NCBI GenBank assembly: GCA_051003195.1
Contig: JBPCLP010000045.1
Span: 1 to 64,000, forward strand
DNA length: 64,000 nucleotides
From: Candidatus Sumerlaeaceae bacterium
Lineage (GTDB): Bacteria > Sumerlaeota > Sumerlaeia > Sumerlaeales > Sumerlaeaceae
Reading direction: 5' to 3'
In this document: one piece after another, positions 38,418 to 46,724 of the stretch
Layout of the letters: each line of letters opens with the position of its first letter
Position numbering within the stretch: the stretch's first letter is position 1
The notes under the pieces: model-generated
Told to the model about the DNA's origin: nothing
Database searches by the model: none
Seen by the model: only the letters and a program-made list of their open reading frames with translations
Position numbers and translations under genes: made by a program

Positions 38418-39727
38418 AGTCGGGCTAATGCCTTTCGCCCGATGTCCTTACGAAAGTGTGCGCCCTCGAACCGGATCTTCTCCACTTCCTTGTAGACGGT
38501 ATCCATGGCCCTGGGCAGAGAGCGGCCCAGGGCGGTGATTGCCAGCACACGCCCGCCCGCAGTGACAATATCCGCGCCGCGCTGCTCGGTGGCTGCGTGA
38601 AAAACGAGCGCGCGGTCTGCAGCTTCCACATCTTCCATTCCGCGAATGATTGCTCCTCGCTCGGGGTGCTCGGGATATCCTTTCGCAGCTATTACGACGC
38701 AGACACAACTCTCATCCCGCCACTCCAGTGAGTGTTCGTGCAGCGTGCCCTCGCACACTGCTTCAACGATTCCCACCAGGTCATTGTTTAACCGTGGCAA
38801 CACTGCCTGGGTCTCAGGATCTCCGAAGCGGCAATTGAATTCCAGTACCTGGGGTCCTTCTTCGGTGATCATCAGGCCGACAAAAATTACGCCGCGGTAA
38901 AGAATACCCCGAGTTTGCAGCTCTTCCTGCATCGGCTGCAGGATCGTCTCGTTAATTTCTTCCATCAGTTCGTCTGAAAGCAACGGCGCGGGAGAATAGG
39001 CGCCCATGCCGCCGGTGTTCGGGCCAAGGTCGTTATCGTGAAGCTGCTTGTGATCCTGCGCGCCTGCCAGTGGAAGCAGCACGTTTCCATCAGTCAGGAC
39101 CAACAACGACGCCTCTTCGCCGACCAGAAATTCTTCCACGAGAACACTGCTACTGGCATCACCGAACTGGTGCTCCTGCAGATTGGCGCGGATCGCATCG
39201 GTGGCTTCTTCGAGCGTGCGGGCGATTACGACTCCCTTGCCGGCGGCAAGGCCGTCGGCCTTTACGACAAGAGGCGCACCGAGCTTGCTCGCAAATGCGA
39301 TAGCCTTATCGGCATCCTGAAAGCTTTGCCACCGTGCAGTTGGGATGCGCGCATGTTCCATGAACTGCTTCGCGAATGCTTTGCTGGATTCCAGTTGGGC
39401 AGCTTCCCGCGTGGGCCCAAACACCTTGAGCCCCGCGGCTTCGAAGGCGTTGGTGATTCCTTCCGCGAGTGGTCCCTCGGGTCCAACAATCGTGTAATCG
39501 ATGTCATGGTCGAGCGCGCGCTGCACAAGCCGTGAAAAATTCGTGCCGAAATCGGCCGGGAAAGTAATCGCATCCCGTGCGATGCCGGCGTTGCCCGGCG
39601 TGCAGTAAACTTCGGCAAGCCGCCGGCTCTGTCGAAGCTTCCAGATAATCGCGTGCTCGCGCGCCCCACCGCCAACCACCAGGATCTTTTTTCGGTCACT
39701 CACGCGTGCGAGAATCCGACGCTGCAC
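38414..39727 (-). CDS. purD: Phosphoribosylamine--glycine ligase
   Basis: GGGAREHA, GNAG, VGPE, LESSKAFAK, KADGLAAGKGV, QDHK, GPNTGGMGAY, EFNCRFGDPE; true start may be a few codons downstream. Confidence 0.97.
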   Translation of the reverse strand: MQRRILARVSDRKKILVVGGGAREHAIIWKLRQSRRLAEVYCTPGNAGIARDAITFPADFGTNFSRLVQRALDHDIDYTIVGPEGPLAEGITNAFEAAGLKVFGPTREAAQLESSKAFAKQFMEHARIPTARWQSFQDADKAIAFASKLGAPLVVKADGLAAGKGVVIARTLEEATDAIRANLQEHQFGDASSSVLVEEFLVGEEASLLVLTDGNVLLPLAGAQDHKQLHDNDLGPNTGGMGAYSPAPLLSDELMEEINETILQPMQEELQTRGILYRGVIFVGLMITEEGPQVLEFNCRFGDPETQAVLPRLNNDLVGIVEAVCEGTLHEHSLEWRDESCVCVVIAAKGYPEHPERGAIIRGMEDVEAADRALVFHAATEQRGADIVTAGGRVLAITALGRSLPRAMDTVYKEVEKIRFEGAHFRKDIGRKALARL

Positions 39728-39904
39728 CGGGTTGGTCCAGTAGTTTCTTTTGCACGACAGCCACGATGATCCGCAAAGTGGCTTTTTTACAGCGGGTGCT
39801 GGAAAACCTCATCATATTAGTGCTTGCCCTTGTCGCCCCTCAACCGAAGCACCTTGCGCGATACGAGCCGGCTTACGCCAGCACGCCATCAGAATTCGCA
39901 CCGG

Positions 39905-40924
39905 ATGAAGACATTGCCACGCTCTCTAAGTTACAAGGACTCTGGAGTCGATATATCCGAAGGCGATCGCGTCGTCGACTTTGTGCGATCCCGCAACCGC
40001 AACATTGGCGGTTTCAGCGCCTTGATGCCGATACCTAAAGGGTACAAGCGTCCGCTGCTTGTTGCATCGACAGACGGCGTTGGTACGAAGCTGCTCGTTG
40101 CGAAGGCTGCGGGCCAATTGAACACCATCGGGATCGATCTTGTCGCAATGGTGGTTAACGATCTCCTCGTCTGCGGAGCAAAACCGCTATTCTTCCTGGA
40201 TTATTACGCAACCGGCAAGCTGAACGCGCGCGAAGCGAAGCAGGTGCTGGAAGGAATTTTCCACGGATGCGAGCAGGCTGGGTGTCCGCTCATCGGTGGC
40301 GAGACGGCGGAACTGCCGGGCCTATACAAGAGCGGCGATTTTGACCTCGCCGGATTCGGAGTGGGCATTGTGGAAGCAGACCGGGTGATTGACGGTTCAC
40401 GTATCGAAGAGGGCGACCTCGTGTACGGCTTCGGTTCCTCAGGCCTGCACTCAAACGGCTACTCACTAGCCCGGCGCGCTCTGCTCGACAAGGCCGGTTT
40501 AACGTTGAAGAGCAAAGTGCCCGGTGCCGGCAACAGCAGTTTGCAACGCGTGCTGATGACACCTACGAAAATCTACAGTGCTCTTATCGCCCGACTGCTT
40601 AAGGGGAGGATAGACATCCGTGGGCTTGCACACATAACCGGCGGCGGCATACCCGGAAATCTGAACCGCGTGTTGCCTGGCGATCTCGATGCGCGGGTGG
40701 AGTGGGGAAGCTGGCCTGTCCATCCGATCTTCCGGCTCATTGAGCAACGAGGGCCCGTTTCACGCGCGGAAATGCTTAAAACGTTTAATATGGGTCTTGG
40801 AATGATGGCGGTTGCCCCGGCGCGGCAACGCAGCGCAATCGAGCGTGCCGCTGCAGCCGCAGGTGAGACGGTCCAGGTGGTCGGAGTTCTTGTACCTGGA
40901 TCAGGCCAAGTTACGGTTCACTAG
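39905..40924 (+). CDS. purM: Phosphoribosylformylglycinamidine cyclo-ligase (AIR synthetase)
   Basis: YKDSGVD, TDGVGTK, GIDLVAMVVND, GGETAELPG, SSGLHSNGYSL, HITGGG, TFNMG. Confidence 0.97.
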   Translation: MKTLPRSLSYKDSGVDISEGDRVVDFVRSRNRNIGGFSALMPIPKGYKRPLLVASTDGVGTKLLVAKAAGQLNTIGIDLVAMVVNDLLVCGAKPLFFLDYYATGKLNAREAKQVLEGIFHGCEQAGCPLIGGETAELPGLYKSGDFDLAGFGVGIVEADRVIDGSRIEEGDLVYGFGSSGLHSNGYSLARRALLDKAGLTLKSKVPGAGNSSLQRVLMTPTKIYSALIARLLKGRIDIRGLAHITGGGIPGNLNRVLPGDLDARVEWGSWPVHPIFRLIEQRGPVSRAEMLKTFNMGLGMMAVAPARQRSAIERAAAAAGETVQVVGVLVPGSGQVTVH

Positions 40925-41178
40925 GCCATCTAAACCCTTTAGAGCCAGACACCTGGATATCTTTCGCTGAACGCGACTTCTTTCCGGGCTTTTACAGAAC
41001 AAAAAACCTATTTTCTTTTCTGACGATTTCGTGTTGTGGTCATATATACACGCTGGGCCACCGCCCGGTGGACCGTGGTTGATGCCTGCCCTCAAGATGC
41101 TTTGAGGGCTTGCCTTCGCAAAACCCCATATGTAAAAGTTTGGGCATAAACTGCTCTATTTGTAAGGAAGCCTGTTCC

Positions 41179-44100
41179 ATGAGTCAGCATTTCGTACGTC
41201 AAGCGACCCAGAACCGGATTATATCCACAGCCCCTGTGAAGGGGCTGGTAGTTCTCGTCGCGTGTTTGCTAAGCACAGTGGCTGCAACACCTGCACTCGC
41301 AATTACGCCGGGTCACGGTGATCACGACAAGACTTTCGATGTCCGTGTTAATCCACAGGCTGCTCCCAAGCATTTGGCTGCAAAGCTCACCCGTGGCGCC
41401 AGGGCTGCCAGTGTGCAGAAGGAAATGGGAGACGCCAGGTCCGCCCTCCAGAAGGCTTTGCCTGAGCTTGAGGTAAACGTGAATGCTGAGCGGGGCATCG
41501 CCGGGCACATTACTAATGGCGGCGGAGTCCTGTCTGCGGGCAAAGGTAAGCCTGAAGATACAGTACAGTCTTTCGTCAGCCAGAACAGCAAGCTCTTCGG
41601 GCTGACTCGTGTATCGGCCAATGACCAGATTAAAACCAAAGCTTCTTACAGCAATCCCGAGAACAAACTGCAATGGGTCACCTTGCAGCAGGAAATCGGT
41701 GGAATCCCGGTGTTTGGTTCCGAGCTCAAGGCCGTGGTGAATGAGAGGGGTGAACTTACCGCGATCACCAACGAACTCGCGCCCGGACTGAGCGATGATG
41801 TCCTGCGCTCCAGCACTGGATTAAGCCCGGAGGAAGCGGCGGTTGTTGCCGCTGCGGCAGTGGAAGTGCAAATCAATGGAGCAAACCTTGTGCGCCAGAG
41901 CGTCTCGGAAGATGGACTGACGATCGACTTCAAGCCATTCGATAAGATTTCCATTCTCCAGGCAAAGCAGGTCATTTTTCCGCTCGAAATTGGCGAAGCT
42001 GTGATGGCCTACCAACTTTATATACGGCATAGTACCGGGTCCTTTGGGGTCGTTGTGGATGCGGAAAGCGGAGCCCTTTTATTCCGCAAGTCGATGATAG
42101 CTCATCAGAGCCAGACGGCGACATACCTTTACTATAATGGCGATAGCCCGGCTCCGGGAACGCCCTGGCCGGATCCCGTCAACACCGACATCCTGGCGCC
42201 TAAAACCCAGGCGAATGTAGTACCGCAGGCGGAAGCCACTTTAATCAGTGACGACGCACCGGGTCTTACTGCCGGGCAGAAAGCCAGTCCCGATGGCTGG
42301 ATCACCGATTTTGAAAGCACCAGTAAGGGAAACAATGTGTGGGCCGGCTTAAACCAGGACGGAATATCCGGTATCGACCAGGGGGTCGTCGGTGCGAATC
42401 AGTACTCCATCGCGAATGGCAATGGCGACGGACCAAGTTTCTTCAATCGCAACTTCCGTTTCACAATAAATCCACCACCAAGTCTGAGTGCGGACCAGCC
42501 TGCGATTGGGAGCATGAACGTCTACAACAAGGCTGAAGTTACAAACATGTTCTTCTGGGTGAACCGGTACCATGATTACCTGTACCGGCTTGGATTTACC
42601 GAAGGCGCGGGCAATTTCCAGGTAAAGAATTTTGGCCGTGGGGGTATTGGAAACGATTTAATCATCGCGCAAGCGCAGGATGGGTGGGGCACTGATCCGC
42701 CATCCACTAATAATGCATTCTATGAAATAGCTCCTGACGGTTTACCGGGCTCCGTGCACATGTTTATCTTTCCCGACGACAACCCAGACGCGGTTCGTGA
42801 TAGTGCACTGGACCAGCATGTACTCCTGCACGAACTCACTCACGGGACATCGACGCGACTGGTCGGTAACGGCTTTGGGCTGAATGAGCAGCAGGGTGGC
42901 GGGCTCGGGGAAGGATGGTCGGATTTCTTCGCAACTTCTATCATGAGCGAATTCCCAGACACGAAAGACCAGGATCCAGACAAGCCGGTTGCGACGGGCG
43001 GCTGGCTTACAAAAAATTTCTTAGGTGTAAACTTCGACAATTACTTCTATGGAATCCGCGAGTTCCCGTATTCCACAGACCATACTCTAAATCCCCTCAC
43101 GTTCCTCGATAGCGATCCATTTCAATATTCGACAAAGGACACACCTGGTTCGGTTCCGGAAAATCCGTTGTGCTGGAGTCAAAACGGCGCGGAAGTGCAC
43201 AGCCTCGGAGTGATATGGGCCAGCATACTATGGCAGGCACGCGCGCATATCATGCAGAAATTTGATCTTAGCCGGACTGCCTCGCCCCCGAGTTCCTATG
43301 GCTCGCAGAAGGAGGCATGGAAGCAGGGCAATCGCCACATGCTGCAACTGGTTACCGACGGCCTGAAACTGACACCCACCAACCCGACGTTTGTCGAGGC
43401 GCGCGATGCCGTTCTTGCGGCAGCGCTTGCGCAGGCAACCAACCCTGCAGGCTGGGCATCGCCGGATGACGCGAATACCTCGATCTCCCAGATGGACGAG
43501 CTGCAATTATGGCGCGGGTTTGCGAACCGGCACCTTGGCTACGGGGCAGTTTCTGTTCCCCGGACTGACGGGAGAGTAATTGAGCGCGAGCCCGTGAACT
43601 ATTACAGTATTTCCAAGACAGGCGTCACGTCGCTGCCGCTGGTGCTGTTGACCGATCCGGATAACAATCTCACCGGCCTGGATGACGATGACTCGATCGA
43701 AATCGAGTTCAATAAGGATGGTACGGGCGCAGGGTTCAATTTCTATGGCAAAACCTATACGAGTATGTTTGTAAACACCAACGGCTCAATCACATTCGAC
43801 GATGAAGACAAGGCCATTGATCTTACGGTTGATCAGCACTTCGCCCAGCCGCGCATCAGCGGTTTACTGGCAGATTTTGATGGTTCCACCACACGCGGAG
43901 CTATCAATGTCGAGCAATTGGATACGGACGGCGATGGCGAGCAAGATCTCGTCCTGGTTACTTTCATCGACATGCCTGAAACCGCGTCTATTGATCCAGT
44001 AACTGAAGAAGGCAATAAGAGCAACTTTCAAATCATCCTCGTGCTTAATAACAACACGGTATATACGCGGAACAGCTTCACCGTCCGCTATGGTGACTGT

Positions 44101-46653
44101 GAGTTGCTGGATACCAGCAAACCGATCGCTGGAATCTCGGGTGGCCAGAATTCGCCGAGAGGGCCGCGTTACAACACTAATGTCGGTTTTGCGAACGAAG
44201 ACCTGAGTGCGTACCAGTTCTGCAACCCGGAGCTTCCACAAAGCTTTTTCACGGAGTACTTCGACGGTACTCCAGAGCACCTTTTCGACCTGGAAAACCT
44301 CACTTTTACATGGGATCACGGTTTCAAGTTCGCCTGGTTTAATACACCGCAGGCCTCTGCTCTGCTGCCGCTGAGAGCTCTGTCGGCGAACGTTCGATCG
44401 GAGTCTGGAAACACTGTCGTAAACGCAAATGACACCGTGGTAATCAACATTCCCCTGGAGAGCAAATTTAAGAAAGCGAACCTGACGAATGTCATCGGTT
44501 TAATCACCCCTCTGACCGAGGGTGTCACGGTAGTTGATCCCGTTTCCGATTACGGCCGCATCGATGCCGGGCGTTCCTCGGCAGGGCTGGATCCGTTCCT
44601 CATACAACTGGATAACACAGTGTCATGCGGCCAGCAGGTCCGGCTCAAGGTAGACTTCGCCACCGACCAGGGAATCTTTGGATCCAAAGATGACGTACTG
44701 ATCACGGTGGGTACGGGGGTAGGCGATGTGCAGGGCGCACTAAGCTGGCCGCAAGGCGGCGCATCCTCGGGCGTGGTTTCCAGTAGTTACGACGCAGTCA
44801 CCACCACGATTCTGCTCAAGCCCTCGTCCATTAACATGAAGGCTTCAACGTACCTGAAGAACACCCGCACCAATGAAATCGTGCTGGCAACTTCGTGGAA
44901 CATAAACACGCGCCAACTGGGCATCCGGCGCGGGCAGAAATTTACCGTGGCAAAGCCAATGCTCGCGGACGATGCGCTGGCCTTCGACAGCGTTCCGATC
45001 CCGGATGCCGTTCAGTCGGGCGTGCGCTTTGAAGTGCTGCCAACGGATCCGAACATCACGGGCCCAGTGGGCCGCATACGTCTCACCCTGGGCGCGTTCA
45101 GCCATCCTCATATCCAGGACCTGAGGATGACACTCTCTAACGCCCAGGGCTTCAGCATGGTGCTGCTGGATAACGTCAAGGCGAGCCTGGATGGCAGAAC
45201 GAAATACTCGAACATCACGCTGGATTCCGAAGCAGCGGACTCAGTCCAGAACAACGGCGGCCTGGTTGACAATACGAGCTACCGCCCGGTCGGTGACTTC
45301 TCCGTCTTCTCAAACGCCGGGGTCAATTCCGGAACAACCTGGACACTGACGGTCGCCGACTTGTTCGCGCCATACGCGGGAGATATTACCGCCTGGAGCA
45401 TCGAGTTAAGTCCGCAGGTTCTTTGCCCACCCCAGACCGTGCAGTCGAGCAACTTCAGTCTCGGCGTTAGTGGATGGACAACGGGCAGCTACGGTGACCC
45501 GTCGCTGATGGACGCTTACTACCGTCCGGCCAACACCTCGGTGCCGGCAGCGCTGGTGTTGAATACCAAGCCTGCTGCCTCAGTGCGTGTGCCCGGTTGG
45601 CAGAGCCCAGGCGTTTTCCTTACCAACGGCGAGAACCAGATCTACCGCTTCCATGCATATGTGACGCGAAGCGGACAGCCGAACCTGACAAAACAGGAAC
45701 AGATTCCGTTCCTGCGCGTGAGAGCGGCAGTTGGCAGCGTGATGGCAAACGTGCATGACTACCTGTTTAATACGACCCAGATCGATCCGGGCGCGAACAG
45801 CTACAGCCTTGCCGAAGCCCCATCAACGAACCCCAATGCACCAAGCCACTACTGGGTTGATCTTGATCCCGTGGACGCGCCGTCGCTGTACAATGACGCC
45901 AACCACATGGTCTATGGATATGTCGAAAACTGGTCGCACTTCAGTGCGCAGCAGGGCAACCTGGAACTGGTCCAAAGCCGCATGGAACGCTTCTCGGCAC
46001 CCACAGATTCGGAAGGCCCGGTTGTTTGCAGCTACACGGCGGCCGACCTGCAGAACGGTTCCGTCTGGTCTGGTAACCTGGCCAATAGTATCTGGGAACG
46101 CGACGTGCCAAATGGTCGGCCGACGGTAACGACGGGCCCACAAGGAGTGACACTGGATTCTTCGCGCGTGCAGCCAGGCGGGCCGCTGTCCTTTGCCACA
46201 TTCGACATCCAACCGGCAGGCAAGCAGGAGACCGTGTTGAAGGCAAACAAGCTGTACCGCGTTCGCTATCATATCAGCTCCAACACTCCTTCGTCCAGCA
46301 ACCCGATCTTCCGCATTCGCGCACGTGCGCTGCGCTGGGCGGACGTGAACGAACTGGTGATTGGGCCGTCTAACTTCGGAAGCACACGCAACCAGTTGCT
46401 CGGTCGCGAGATACTGCCCGGGCCTGGCACGAGAAACCCGAGTCATCGTGAAGGCGAAACGCAGGGCGGCTATTACGACCAGTACATCAGCTCACCGCTG
46501 GTCCTGCCGGCCGACGTCGATTTCAAGACACTGCGCTTCGGATTCGATATATTCGATTACGGCTATGACGGGGCTGGTACCGCGGCACAACGCGCTGAAG
46601 GCGGCCGCTTCACGCTGGACTCAATCGAGGTGCGTGAGTTCCCGCAACGCTGA
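41179..46653 (+). CDS. Large secreted M36 (fungalysin-family) metallopeptidase with FTP/PepSY propeptide, NIDO-like, P-proprotein-convertase and C-terminal duplicated domains
   Basis: GFTEGAGNFQ, AQDG, HELTHG…GEGWSDF, EVHSLG, PTFVEARDA; FNFYGKTY..MFVNTNGSITF; HPHIQDL…GTTWTLTVAD…GDITAWSI. Confidence 0.9.
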   Translation: MSQHFVRQATQNRIISTAPVKGLVVLVACLLSTVAATPALAITPGHGDHDKTFDVRVNPQAAPKHLAAKLTRGARAASVQKEMGDARSALQKALPELEVNVNAERGIAGHITNGGGVLSAGKGKPEDTVQSFVSQNSKLFGLTRVSANDQIKTKASYSNPENKLQWVTLQQEIGGIPVFGSELKAVVNERGELTAITNELAPGLSDDVLRSSTGLSPEEAAVVAAAAVEVQINGANLVRQSVSEDGLTIDFKPFDKISILQAKQVIFPLEIGEAVMAYQLYIRHSTGSFGVVVDAESGALLFRKSMIAHQSQTATYLYYNGDSPAPGTPWPDPVNTDILAPKTQANVVPQAEATLISDDAPGLTAGQKASPDGWITDFESTSKGNNVWAGLNQDGISGIDQGVVGANQYSIANGNGDGPSFFNRNFRFTINPPPSLSADQPAIGSMNVYNKAEVTNMFFWVNRYHDYLYRLGFTEGAGNFQVKNFGRGGIGNDLIIAQAQDGWGTDPPSTNNAFYEIAPDGLPGSVHMFIFPDDNPDAVRDSALDQHVLLHELTHGTSTRLVGNGFGLNEQQGGGLGEGWSDFFATSIMSEFPDTKDQDPDKPVATGGWLTKNFLGVNFDNYFYGIREFPYSTDHTLNPLTFLDSDPFQYSTKDTPGSVPENPLCWSQNGAEVHSLGVIWASILWQARAHIMQKFDLSRTASPPSSYGSQKEAWKQGNRHMLQLVTDGLKLTPTNPTFVEARDAVLAAALAQATNPAGWASPDDANTSISQMDELQLWRGFANRHLGYGAVSVPRTDGRVIEREPVNYYSISKTGVTSLPLVLLTDPDNNLTGLDDDDSIEIEFNKDGTGAGFNFYGKTYTSMFVNTNGSITFDDEDKAIDLTVDQHFAQPRISGLLADFDGSTTRGAINVEQLDTDGDGEQDLVLVTFIDMPETASIDPVTEEGNKSNFQIILVLNNNTVYTRNSFTVRYGDCELLDTSKPIAGISGGQNSPRGPRYNTNVGFANEDLSAYQFCNPELPQSFFTEYFDGTPEHLFDLENLTFTWDHGFKFAWFNTPQASALLPLRALSANVRSESGNTVVNANDTVVINIPLESKFKKANLTNVIGLITPLTEGVTVVDPVSDYGRIDAGRSSAGLDPFLIQLDNTVSCGQQVRLKVDFATDQGIFGSKDDVLITVGTGVGDVQGALSWPQGGASSGVVSSSYDAVTTTILLKPSSINMKASTYLKNTRTNEIVLATSWNINTRQLGIRRGQKFTVAKPMLADDALAFDSVPIPDAVQSGVRFEVLPTDPNITGPVGRIRLTLGAFSHPHIQDLRMTLSNAQGFSMVLLDNVKASLDGRTKYSNITLDSEAADSVQNNGGLVDNTSYRPVGDFSVFSNAGVNSGTTWTLTVADLFAPYAGDITAWSIELSPQVLCPPQTVQSSNFSLGVSGWTTGSYGDPSLMDAYYRPANTSVPAALVLNTKPAASVRVPGWQSPGVFLTNGENQIYRFHAYVTRSGQPNLTKQEQIPFLRVRAAVGSVMANVHDYLFNTTQIDPGANSYSLAEAPSTNPNAPSHYWVDLDPVDAPSLYNDANHMVYGYVENWSHFSAQQGNLELVQSRMERFSAPTDSEGPVVCSYTAADLQNGSVWSGNLANSIWERDVPNGRPTVTTGPQGVTLDSSRVQPGGPLSFATFDIQPAGKQETVLKANKLYRVRYHISSNTPSSSNPIFRIRARALRWADVNELVIGPSNFGSTRNQLLGREILPGPGTRNPSHREGETQGGYYDQYISSPLVLPADVDFKTLRFGFDIFDYGYDGAGTAAQRAEGGRFTLDSIEVREFPQR

Positions 46654-46688
46654 AACCGCTAAGCCGGACAACAAGTGGCACCATTCAG

Positions 46689-46724
46689 GCGCGGCCTTCG
46701 CTAGTAAACGGAGGCCGCGCTTTT
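46689..46724 (+). terminator. GC-rich hairpin plus T-tract overlapping the rnr RBS and start
   Basis: GCGCGGCCTTCG-ctagtaaa-CGGAGGCCGCGC-TTTT. Confidence 0.65.

Noticed and set aside
41088..41109. Hairpin GCCCTCAA…TTGAGGGC as a riboswitch upstream of the M36 gene
   Set aside because: Single stem without aptamer consensus or T-tract; function cannot be supported
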